Positions 12,006 to 23,896 of a stretch of 64,000 bases of DNA are shown here, piece after piece (within the stretch, counting starts at the first letter, position 1; the number at the start of each line of letters is the position of its first letter). Under the pieces are notes generated by a model. It saw only the letters and a list, made by a program, of their open reading frames with translations. It was not told where the DNA came from and did not search any database. Source of the stretch: the human T2T-CHM13v2.0 reference genome, Homo sapiens; assembly GCF_009914755.1 (NCBI RefSeq), contig NC_060947.1, one strand, 5' to 3'. The translations under genes and the position numbers were made by a program.

Positions 12006-12174
12006 AAGGAAAAATGATTCCAAGAACCTAATTTTTGAAAAAAAAATAGGCTTGTTACATTTAGCTTCATTGTCATAGGCTTTACCTCGGATATTTGCTT
12101 TTGTTTTTATTACTCTTGTTAACAATTCTACCCCCAAAACATACCTACTGTCTTGTTATTGTTAAAATCACATT

Positions 12175-12692
12175 GCCAAGCTTATATAGTGTTTACAATA
12201 TGCCAAGCATTGTTTAAGCACTCTATGTAGATCCTCATTTAAAGTTCAAAAGTAGGCAATATGAATCTATGATGACTGAAGATAAGGAAGTGGATAACTT
12301 TGGGCTGGGGGAAGTAGTGACTGAATGGGAGCATCAAGATGACTTCTGGGTACAAGTTTCTTTTTCTTGATCTAGGTGATAGATACATGAATGTGTTCAC
12401 TGTGAAAATTCATTGGGCTCTTGGACACTTATGATTTGTACAGTTTTCTATAGGTATCTCATGCTTTGATCAAAGTTTAAAGAAAAAAATAAAGTTCATT
12501 TAAGCCCTTAAATCAATTTGATTAGGTAGTTCCTTTTATCATTCTCTTTGACAGGTAAGGAAAGGGAGGTATAGAGAAGTTAAGCACTTTGCTGATGATC
12601 ACAGAGCTAGTATGTGGACAAAACTAGGATTTGAACCTAAGTAGTCTGGATCCAGAGTCCATGTTTTTCACATGTACATTATATATCACCTC
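12175..12692. mobile_element. MIR (-) interrupted by an L1ME-type 3' end (+, ~12249-12489)
   Basis: MIR halves either side; L1ME motif tcttgatctaggtgatagatacatgaatgtgttcactgtgaaaattcattg; TAAAGTTCA on both flanks. Confidence 0.7.
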
Positions 12693-13299
12693 TCAGAATT
12701 GATTTTTTTCTGTAGCAAAGTTATTTGCCTTCTAATCTTATAATGACTTTGTATTTGGTCCTAACTGCATTTACTTCTGTATCTCCCCTCATTATACATC
12801 ACCACCCCTTGCTTCAATGAACTTGCACACACATACATACTTAGAGGAGAAAAGTAAGCAAAATGCCTTAATTACATAATTTGCCTGCCCTTGGCATCTA
12901 TTTTTATGTCTCTCTGTGTCCCTCAAAGATGTTCATGGTGAATTTCCCCATGAAACTAAATTGTATAAATATCAACCTGAAAGTCTAAGAACATTCTCAA
13001 TGTTTTTTTAAAGGTACCCTGAAAAATCCTTCCTACTAATCTCTAAGAGCACAAACAACACTGTAGTCCTTTGTTCTAACCCAAACATTTTAGGGATTCA
13101 GAAAATCACAGGAGGAAAACATTTTAGGCACTCTGGATTCCAATTGACTTTACCCCTGATTGTTGTGTAACCTTTGGACAAGCCAGAATGCTTTAGTAAA
13201 TAAGGGTTAGATTTTCGGAGACTCATGAGTGTTGCTCATGAATTGTGAGTAGTGGAGGCTCAGGAGAAGGGGCAAATAGACAGAGGAAAGGAACTACCA

Positions 13300-13495
13300 C
13301 TATTTGTGAAGTGTCAAGTTTGTACCAGACATCATATTAGAGTGGTTTATATTCATTAACTCATTTAATCCTTACCGTCACCATTTGGAGTAGGTAATAA
13401 TAATTCCCATTTTGCACATGAAGAAAATGAGCCTCAAACACCAAGGTTACACAGCTAATAAGGTCTGTCTGGCTCTGAAACCCATGTTTTTCCCC
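13300..13495 (-). mobile_element. MIR SINE
   Basis: cattaactcatttaatcctt...attcccattttgcacatgaagaaaatgag...caaggttacacagcta. Confidence 0.8.
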
Positions 13496-13625
13496 ATGAA
13501 ATTGTAGTATCTTTCAAAAGGTAGATGTCATGTTGCCTGTTTTAGAGTAAAAATATCAAACGAAAAGAGAAGACAACATGAGGAAAACTATGTTTTTCTT
13601 TTAAAAAGCTCTTATTGAATGAAAG

Positions 13626-13667
13626 CTTTATAAACAACATGTAGCTCTTTATAAACAACATGTAGCT
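13626..13667. repeat. Perfect 21-bp tandem duplication CTTTATAAACAACATGTAGCT x2
   Basis: Read directly: 13626-13646 and 13647-13667. Confidence 0.95.
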
Positions 13668-13991
13668 GCTTTGTGATAATAGGAAAAGGTGTTTTGAACA
13701 ACAGCACTGGTCAGTTAATTCCACTCATGACAATGGATCATTACAGTGAATCATACTTTTTCAGTAATCTCTCTCCTTGGAAAGCACTGAAGGCAAAGTT
13801 GATTCAAAACTATTATAGATCTTATCACTTTTAGAACAAACAACTCACTAAAAATACTGTGACCAAATGATATTAACAATTAGAGTAAATTAAAATAAAT
13901 TCAAAGTTATTATAGACCTATGATCCTGCCCATGAGGCTTAACTGTTAGTTGTGATTTAAAAATAAAAAATACTCCAAGTATAGATAATGA

Positions 13992-14312
<321 letters not shown>

Positions 14313-14334
14313 TCTGCCCTCCATTTCTTATAAT

Positions 14335-14755
14335 CAATATAGGTATAGGGGTTAGAGGCCACACTCTCTGGGTTCATATTCTGGCTTCACCCCTGAATAA
14401 CTTTGTTACTTTGGCCTGTAAGATTGTCACATTTAGCAAATAAAAATACAGGGTGGCCACTTATATCTGAATTTTAGATATAATTTTAAAGCATAAATAT
14501 GTCTCCTGCTGAATCATTCATTTATCTAAAATTCAAATTTAACTGGCATTATGTATTTTATCTGGCAACTCTACCTTGGACGAGTTATTTAATCTTTCTG
14601 TGCTTCAGTTTCCTCATCTCTAAAATGGAAATGATAGGATGATAGTGGTACCTAGCTCATGAAGTTGTAGTGAGAATTAAATGGGAATATATGTAAATTG
14701 CAACCATGCCTGACACACAGTAATAACTATATACACGATACCTATTATAATTAAC
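14335..14755 (+). mobile_element. MIR interrupted by palindromic MER53 (~14418-14573)
   Basis: MER53 motifs atttagcaaataaaaatacagg...aaattcaaatttaactggc...tatctggcaactcta; MIR core resumes at 14574. Confidence 0.8.
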
Positions 14756-16109
14756 TAATTCCTCTATTTGAATTAATTCAAGTTTGGTGGCTTGGGCTTC
14801 TGCTTTGAAAAAGAATTACTTTATATCTCATATGCTACGTGCAGAACCAAAGTAGAGAAGTGTCACTGAAGCATTTTGCTAGGTATACTCATTTTCCATA
14901 CCTTACAATTTTACTAGGAAACATATTCAATAACCCAGCATTTTACAACCCAGAAACAGTTTCTTCTGCTATTGTTCATGTAAATGACCTTTCCATACAG
15001 CAATAACCTTTTAATGCTTTTAGAGTCTGGAAAAAATAGGAAAATGTATATTTTTAAAAACTATATTTCATGAACTAAATCCATCCTTCACAACATAGTA
15101 AGCACCCATTTCTCTATATTTGCATAGCAAGAATCTGTATATTGTCAGATGCTAAAGTTACATTAAAATTTAAGAGCTGGTACATTTCAGTTTCTTGTAA
15201 CACTTGACAAAAACCCAAACACATAATAAAATGCAGTGTACAAAACATTTAAAATATAATTTATTTGTATCTGCTTTCATGATCTCATACTGTAAATGTC
15301 TACCACTATTTTCACAATTTATATGGAAAGCATGATTTATCTATGTTAATTTCAAGTTGGCATTTAGCCATTTGAATGCTTACCTTCACACATGGTAAAC
15401 TATAAGAATGTGTGAAGTTTCATAAAAGGTCAACAGCACAGAAAGAATGGAAGAACCAGAACAGTATGAATGATTTCAAAAAATTGGAGGAATATTAACT
15501 AAAGTTGCTATGCACTTTCACAGCAGGCAAATATCATGGTTTTGCCAGTAATCTGTGCTTTAGATTGCAATAAATTGTTCCTGTTTTTCTTTCCATTGTA
15601 GAAGACACTAACTTGGCTTCGTGAAACCAGGCATGCATGTCATCTCCCACCTCATTTTCTTTTGAGTGTAGGAAGGGAAATATAATACAAACTCTTCTGG
15701 TGCACAATAATCTATTTTACAGTTGCAAGAAAGAAAACCATACCAGAAAAGCTGGCAATGTAGTATTCAGATTTCTTCACATCATTTCTGTTCTTTACTC
15801 CATTCTTTTCTTTACTGTCATTATCGTTCATTCAAAGGGAAATCTATGTATGCAGGAACACAGCAGAAATACTTAGTAATACGATCTCACAGACAGGAGG
15901 TTAACAATCATTACTTTGAAGGAAACGGTAGGCTTTCTGCAGATAGATGTGATGCCAGTAAACATAGGACACATTTGACTGGCCCAAAACATAGGACAAT
16001 TATTTAAGAAGTGGTTTTCTAAATGGGAAGTGAACAGTTCCAACTTGGTTTCTATTTTTTATGTCCTTTATTGACACCTTGACACGAGGTTACAAAGGAT
16101 TTCTCTGTG

Positions 16110-17255
16110 CAGTTCTCAAATCTATACTTGCAATCTGACCTCTCGCTATTTTCAACTGCCTTTTGGATATCCCCACTTAGAGGCTGTACAGACACTGCAG
16201 ACTCGGTGTACCCAAACTGAATTCCTTATCATTTCCCCAATCCTGGTTCCCCTTCTACATTCTCTGGTGAAGTTCCAGGCATTAACATTTATCCAGTTCC
16301 CTAAGCTAGATGTCGCTGGTGTTTTAAACCTCTCCCTCTGGTGTTGTCCACATTCAATCAATTGGATGCTGTTGAGTCTAACCGTAATTTGTTTCTGGAC
16401 TCTATTCCTTCCTCTTCATTCTCACAGCCATTAATTTAGTTCAGTCCCTCTTCTGTACTTTTACAATGGCCTCCTAATGGTCTCTTAATAGGTCCCTCTG
16501 CTTCTAATCTCCTCCATATTCTATCTATCCTTTATGTGCTAAGCAGAGTTTTATTTTGAAAAAACAAATCTGGATCAAATTCCTTTCTTCCTTAAAAACC
16601 CCAAAAGACTGCTGAGAGCCTAAGGGATCAAGTATAAACTCTTCAGAATGCCACACAAGTCTCGCAGTCTGTCCCTAATGGATCCTTCCAGCCTCACTGT
16701 TAGGACACCTCATGTACTCTGTGTTTCTGCCTGTAAAATCAAATCAAACTATCAGCTAGTTCTAGAGGTTCTTAACCAAGAGTACACAACATAATCACCT
16801 GGGGAGTTTTTTAAAAATAAAATACAAGTGCCCTTTGTCTACCTTGGATGGACAAATTCAGAACTGGATAAATGAATTGCAATAACTGTATTTTAACCAG
16901 GTCACCAGGTGATGGGGAAATACACAGGCCTTGTTTAGGCATTTGTTTATGCTGTTCCTTCTGCCTAGAATGGCTTCTTTTCTCCATCCCCTATCCTCAA
17001 TTCTCTACTTGGCTATCTCCTACTCATTTTTCAAGGTTTAGCTCAATATCACCTCCTCTGTGAAGCCTTCCAGGATATACAGAGGCAAAATGAATTGCTC
17101 TCTGGTGCCTGTTGTTGTAGTAATAGACTGCTATTATCATCATTTATTGCTGTGAATGCTCCTCCTTTTTTTTGTTGCATTCTCCTGTGGGAAAGCAAAC
17201 TCCTTGCATTTCTTTATATTCCGAGCACTTAGCACAGTGCAAGAAATATGTGAGT
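16110..17255 (+). mobile_element. L2 remnant with nested MER5-type element (~16765-16915)
   Basis: L2 motifs ccaaactgaattccttatc, gctgttccttctgcctagaatgg, tcacctcctctgtgaagccttcc, gcacttagcacagtg. Confidence 0.75.
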
Positions 17256-19446
17256 AAAAAAAAAAAAAAAAAAAGAAGAAGAAGGGAGGAGAAAGTAAGG
17301 GAAGAGAAAGTAAGGGAAATAAGGAAAGGTGGTGTGGCCTAGGCTGGACCTGGGGCCAAAGTGAAAGTATAAAAAACATTCTATCTTCTATTTTTCAGCA
17401 AAAAACCCCATTATAGTTTACATTTGGACCCTTGTGGTGAGCCTCATGATATAACATACTGAATGTTAACTAATCTTAAAATATTGATGTGGCCCAGGAT
17501 AAAAAAAGAGGATGGGAGCTTTGCTTGTTTACAATGTTGAGTTTCTGCCCCCATTAGAAACTTCTGGCAGTCCCTGATAACATTCCTGCAAGGGGTGCCT
17601 GTTATTCCCTCACTCTGTTCACGTTCTCTCAACTACTGCAGTAACAAAACCATGGAAGTTTTTACCACAGGGTGACAGAGCCTCAGCTAAGCAAGTTGAA
17701 GGGTGGTAATTTTACACAACTGCCTTTCTTAGAGGTCCTAGCAACTTCCTTTTCCTTGGTGTGAGCTGATGGCAAAGTCACTTCCTATTTGGTCTCAACT
17801 GCCAGTTTTTTCCTGTTTTTAACTGCCACCTTTGACTAGAACTATTTTCTTGAGAAGCCTACAAATGAAAGAACAAGTGGTCAATTCAATACATTTTAAA
17901 ATGTCAACTCAGAGGGGAAAATATCACTCAAATGGGTTGTTTAGCATCATGACACATGAAAGGCTCTCCTGTGACTAAAAACTGCACCTTGGAGAGCACC
18001 TCATTACAAAGGTCCCAGGCTTCCAAAGAATCTCTCCCAAGAAACTCCCCAGTCTCCTCAGGTACCCATATGGCAAAATAAACTACCATTATAGGATGGC
18101 TGGTACAGTGGTTCTTTCAGCATTGAAGAGACTGTGAGTGAGCCCATGAATGTTTCTGAGGGCCTTCACCTTAGGTCCAAGGCATCTAAAGGTCAACAGT
18201 CTGATTCTGTAAGTGAGAGTTTAGGCAGAGGAGCAAAACTGGAATCAGGAAGGGAGCTCCTCCATCTTTTGACTCCTGCCGCTGCATGCAAATGAATGTC
18301 CAGGCCATCTTACCTCTCTTAGGTCTGTAACCAATTGGTAAAGGCCAGAAGTTATGAGCTTGATGCTTTTGGTACCTAAATGCAAACATTTCAAAGCAAG
18401 TAAGCATATATGTAAAGAAATGTTATAAGCAGGAAACTGCTTAAATGGCATCTGCTTCCACCTACCTCCTCCGTTGTTTTATTCCCCTCAGCAGCATCAG
18501 GAAGTAAAGCTAGAGAGAATATTCAGCAGGGATGTCTTGGATAGTATAGTTTCCATTATATATAATACTATGATAATATATTGTGCAAGCCACAAAAGGT
18601 GGAAGGTTATTCAGGAGAATTCGGAAGTCACACAGTTTTAATGTTTAAGGTTTAATGTTCCTTGACCAAGGTCTGATTCAATAGGTTTCTTCTTGGGATG
18701 CTATGCTGGAACAATAGCAACGATACATATGACATCTGCAAGAACTATCATAACATGGTTTCCAACTTGATGTCCAATGAGAGTAAACAGTAAATTTGAG
18801 GTATCATCTATGCTTTTATTAAAATAAAAAATGGCCCTTGAATGTTGTACTTCCAAATATCAGTAGACTCCGCAGCCTGAATCAAAATATTCCCATCACT
18901 GGATGGTGAGCTTCTAGAATTACCCAGATAATTTTCTTTAGTTTCAAATACTCAGGTAAGTATATCAATTTGCCATTATATTTCATACATATATACATTT
19001 TATCCATTTCATCATAGTCACTAGGCTCAAAATGTGTAAGTCCAAAATGTGAAATCCTACCTTTAAATTTTGTAAAGTAGAATAAGAGGTCAAATTTATC
19101 ATGATGAGTTAACATATTTGAAGGCTAGGTAATGCCTGGTATATTAGAACATGCTCAGTAATTAATTTTTTTAAAAAATCATTATTTTTTTACTTAAAGT
19201 TATTTTCTGTTCAACACTATTTTTCATTAAGTTGTATTCACTTTTAGGGGGCAGATGATCTATGGTTCATTACAGAGGTAAAATAAGAATACTGCTTTGT
19301 TTCTATTACCCACTTGATGTGGCTCAATATCTTATGAGTCTTTTCTTTATTTGGTCCCAGCCACAACACTGAGCTAAAATCTTCAGAGAACAATGATTTT
19401 CAAGTCTGTTTCTTGGTTAGTAGCTCCTAATGCAAAAAGTGCGGAG

Positions 19447-19643
19447 CATGGTTTCTCAAACCTTATCATTATTGACATTGTGGACTGAATAGTTCTTTCT
19501 TGTGGGGACTGCCCTGTGCGTCGTAAGATGTTTAACAGCATCCCTGGCCTCCACTCTCTAGATGCCAGTAGCACCTACCTGCCTATTTGTGATACCCAGA
19601 AATGTTCTCCAGAAGGCATAATTGGTCCTAGTTGAAAAACATG
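19447..19643. mobile_element. MER20 (hAT-Charlie)
   Basis: gggactgccctgtgcgtcgtaagatgtttaacagcatccctggcctccactctctagatgccagtagcac. Confidence 0.88.
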
Positions 19644-19761
19644 CCCTTATTTCACTGCCGCCTGTATTAAAGTTTGGCTATTTCCATCTACCTACACTTT
19701 AGCTAAGAACCAGTCAATTCAGTAAATATTTGTAAACATGGGTAAAGTTAAATATTTAATA

Positions 19762-20110
19762 CAGGTTGAGCATCCCTAATCTGAAAATCTGAAATCTAAA
19801 ATGCTCCAAAATTGGAAACTTTTTGAGTGCTGACATGATATCACAAGTAGAAAATTCCATACCTGACACCTTTGCTTTCTGATGGTTCAATGTATACCAA
19901 CTTTGTTTCATGTACAAATTAAAAATATTGTATAAAACTATCATCAGGCTATGTATATAAGGTGTATCTGAAGCATAAACGAATTTAATGTTCAGACTTG
20001 TGTCCCATACCCAAGATATTACGTATATGCAATTATTCCAAACTCCAAAAACATCCAAAATCTGAAGCACTTCTTGTCCTAAGCATTTTGGATAAGGGAT
20101 ACTCAACCTG
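19762..20110 (+). mobile_element. Tigger4b-like non-autonomous TcMar-Tigger element
   Basis: TIRs CAGGTTGAGCATCCCT / AGGGATACTCAACCTG, preceded by TA. Confidence 0.88.
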
Positions 20111-20210
20111 AATAGAGGGTATGACAAATGTCAGGAAATTGAAACCAGGTGCCAAATGTAAATTATTAAGTTTTGAGGCCTCAAGAACACTGTCTAACTT
20201 GAAATTCACT

Positions 20211-20267
20211 AACCTTACCTAATCTGTGTATAATGTTACTCAAAACCTTACCTAATCTGTGTATAAT
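20211..20267. repeat. 24-bp direct repeat AACCTTACCTAATCTGTGTATAAT x2 with 9-bp spacer
   Basis: 20211-20234 and 20244-20267. Confidence 0.93.
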
Positions 20268-20439
20268 CTTATTTTATTTATATGGTTATTAAGTATTCAC
20301 AGCCATTCAGATCACATCAATCAAGCAGGTACCAAATCCTTTCTGAAGTGCTATGTTACACTCTACGTGTGACCAAAAAGCATAAGTTGTGTCTCTCCTC
20401 AAGAAACGTTTTCCATTAAACTACGGGAATACACTGTAA

Positions 20440-20781
<342 letters not shown>

Positions 20782-20958
20782 TAAAATATTTAAGTTTCCT
20801 TTGTGTGTGTGTGTAACAAAAGCGTACTTGAATTTCTTGTCATTTTATTTAAGAATTTGAGAAATAATCCAGTTCAAAGTGGAAAAAAAGTTTCTAATGC
20901 TCATAAAATTTGAATTGTTTTCAAATGTTGACACCTTCACAAGATTTAATTTATAGAT

Positions 20959-20974
20959 ACACACACACACACAG

Positions 20975-21003
<29 letters not shown>
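20959..21003. repeat. (AC)n microsatellite with one interruption
   Basis: Read directly. Confidence 0.95.
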
Positions 21004-21005
<2 letters not shown>

Positions 21006-21486
21006 AAAAATCATTTAAAAGCCCACAAGCAATCCCATGTAAAAACTCAAGTGATCTCTATCAATTATAACAACAACTGATGCTTTATTTAATAGCAGTA
21101 AACCTAAATAAAGGCTAAAAAGCTCACTAAGATCTCAAATGCAATGTCTTTCAGGAAATGTCTCAATATTCCAGGTCTCAGCATTAAGCTTTTATTCTTC
21201 CACATAGTTACATAACTCTGGCCCAGAATGATGTCAGAGAAAGTCATTTCTCTGATATGCTTAATTTACTTATCTATCAAAATTATACAACTGGCTCATA
21301 AGTAGTTGTGAAATTAAACTAGCAGGAAAGAATTTTGGAGACTAAATAATGAAAGATGTAACACACAATAAACTGAACAATTTAAATGTTCAGTAAGGGC
21401 AATGCCTAGGGGTTTAACCTGACATCAATAAAATATATAGTGTATACATTATGCACCTAGTAACCTCAGTGGAGAATTCAAAAGAA

Positions 21487-21820
21487 GTTCATTCATTCAT
21501 TCAACAATTATTTATTGAGGGCCTACTACATGCCATGAACCTAGTCTCTGGGGATACAGCAATGGACAAAATGTATAAAAAGCTTGCCCTCAGACTCCTG
21601 CCATCCTACCTGAATCATTCTCATGTAAGAGAGGCTGGATCTCTGCCCTCAAGGACCTAATATGGGCACACAAAACAAATGAAATATATGAAATAAGAAG
21701 AAAGAACTACAGTGTGAGCGCTGCTCACATTGGAGGAGTTTGAAGGAGGGCTTGGAGCAACTAGGAAGGGTCAATGGAGGTGAGATTTGAGACAGGTCTT
21801 AAATGATGGAGCTTGATTCA
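21487..21820 (-). mobile_element. L2 3' end
   Basis: ttcattcattcattcaacaattatttattgagggcctacta...ctggggatacagcaatggacaaa. Confidence 0.85.
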
Positions 21821-21822
21821 GA

Positions 21823-21988
21823 CCCTTGCGACTTAAAAGTGTGATCTAAACATCATCACCATGTGAGAGCTTGTTAGCATTGCAGAATCTTGGGCCCAGT
21901 CCAGACATGGGAGATAAAAATCTGCGCTTTTGAGGGAGCAAAAGAACCCTCGGATTTCTATGGACATTAAAAGTTTAGGTGGCACTGC
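21823..21988. mobile_element. MER5A-like element
   Basis: gagcttgttagcattgcagaatcttgggcccagtccagac...aaagtttaggtggcactg. Confidence 0.7.
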
Positions 21989-22174
21989 AGGTTTCCGGTC
22001 AGGCTGGCAATGTTGTGAGCTGGGTTGGTGGGAAATCGAGACTAGATTGGAGCCTAACATTAGGTTAGAAATAGTGAAGGGCTGGACTTGGGGAACTAGG
22101 AGTAAGGAAAATGCAATTGTACCTTTTATCATCATTAAACACAAACAGAAACCATAGAGAAAGTAGTAAGTTTA

Positions 22175-22400
22175 TCACCAGTCAGAGGGACCTGCGTCTG
22201 AATTCCCAGCTGTACCACTTCTTAATTGCGTGACATTTCGGTCAAATTATTTAACCTGGTTGAGCCTTTTTCTTCATCTGTAAAATGAGGGGAAATCAAT
22301 AAGACTCCAGAAGGCCCTTGTACAGGTTCAGTAAGGTATTAATAACACATAGAAAGCACTTAGCAGTCCCTGGCACAATGAAAATAATATCCATTAATAA
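22175..22400 (+). mobile_element. MIR SINE
   Basis: gaattcccagctgtaccactt...ttcatctgtaaaatgaggg...aaagcacttagcagtccctggcaca. Confidence 0.8.
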
Positions 22401-23538
22401 TAACGATATTGATAAGAATTATATACTATTCTCTGAAAAAGATTTAAAAGGAAGAAGAGAAACTATCTTTTACCACTAGAGGCCCCCCACCGTGTGGTGC
22501 GTAGAGACCCATAACAAATTTCAAGGTAAGGAACTTCATCTTCATTTTAAACTGGCACTCGACTATTACTTTTTTAAAAAGTAATTAACCCCTTACGTGT
22601 TCCCAAAGGTGCCTTCATAATGAAATTCCTGTTACTATTATTACCAGTGTTACTGTCGCTACTGTTAGAGTACTCTCAAAAGAGCCTGTCTCCCTCTCCT
22701 GGAGTAGAACTTAAAATGGGGCGGAGGCAGGGAGTTACCAAAACCACTGCAGTGTATGCTGATTTCAATAACCTGTACTGCTAACGATCCAATCTCATTT
22801 CCCAAGCCTCTACTATCCTCATTAATTTTTCTGCCGATGTACCATCTGTTTTCCAATTTCCCTCTGCCTTACACGTGCAGAACTTGTGGTAGAGAGAAGC
22901 CCTAGTTTGGCCGTTCTGCAAGGGATAGCCCAGGAGGTAGGGGGAACCTTAAGTTGAAGTCACCTGAAGCATGTTTGGGGTCAGGGAACTCGGAAAGCAA
23001 GAGTGTGGCCACAGATCTGCCCAGAGGCGCGACCCCCAGCTGAGGAGACCAGATGGCGGGAAAAAGCGGGGGTCCACCGACTCCGCGGCTATCTGTAATC
23101 CTACCCTTGGCCAGGCCGGGGAGCCAAGAAAGACTTCCAACACTCCCCAAGTTTCAGCTCAAGTCGTCTCCGAGGCTGCGTGTGCCCCAGCCTCGCACGC
23201 CTCCCTGCAACGTGGCCGCATCTGGGGCGCCCTCATACCCTCAGGGTTTCCCAAACTCTTCCATTCTCTTCCCAGGCCCAGCCATGTCCCAGGTCTCCGG
23301 GTCCCCGGGTTCTCCTCTCCGCGTGCCGGGAGAGTCTCCAGCTTCTCAGACTCCAGCAACCCCAGCCAAACCTCTTCGCTGCCTGGAGCCTTGGCTCCCG
23401 CGACACCGCCCGGCTGCGGGGCGGGGGCAGGGCCAACGGCGGAACCGCCCCCAACCGCCTCCCAGGCCAGGCGAGCAGGCGGGTGGCTGGGGCGCCTCCA
23501 CCTCCTCTTCCTAAAGCGGCGAGGCGCAGAGGAGCGGC

Positions 23539-23644
23539 ATCACTCGAGCCCAGGTCCCAGCCACCACCACTCACAGCGCTCGGCGTTCAGGAAGAGGAGC
23601 AGCAGCGGAGGCGGCTGCTTCAGCGGCGGGCGGGCGCCAGAAAG
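23539..23644 (+). other. STK26: STK26 non-coding exon 1 (5' UTR); start approximate
   Basis: Lies in the CpG island and ends at donor AAAG|GTAGAC (23644/23645). The 100-nt intron has a branch-like CAGTAAC (23715-23721), a pyrimidine tract and CAG at 23742-23744. The TSS cannot be read from sequence; the start is from my recollection of the transcript. Confidence 0.7.
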
Positions 23645-23854
23645 GTAGACTGAGTCCCAGGGAGCTGCGCCGCTAACAGCCCACCTCCTAGCCCCGGGCT
23701 ACGCGCCGCCAGCCCAGTAACCCCACTTTTGTGTGTCCTCCCAGGCCCCGATCGAAAAGCCTGGGAGGGCCGCCGAACTACCCCCGGAGGGAGGAGCCAG
23801 TCCGAACCCAAGGCGCCACCGCCGCAGAAGCGGAGCGAGGCAGCATTCGCCTCC

Positions 23855-23896
23855 ATGGCCCACTCGCCGGTGGCTGTCCAAGTGCCTGGGATGCAG
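23855..23896 (+). CDS. STK26: STK26/MST4 first coding segment (exon 2 = 23745-23896), MAHSPVAVQVPGMQ, aa 1-14
   Basis: GCCTCCATGG start context; peptide matches the known MST4 N-terminus; donor CAG|GTGAGG; phase 0, joining in frame to [10 protein letters not shown] of the next exon. Confidence 0.96.

Noticed and set aside
17255-17330. GAAAGTAAGGG repeats similar to the minisatellite at 28879
   Set aside because: Short purine-rich low-complexity match, most likely coincidental.
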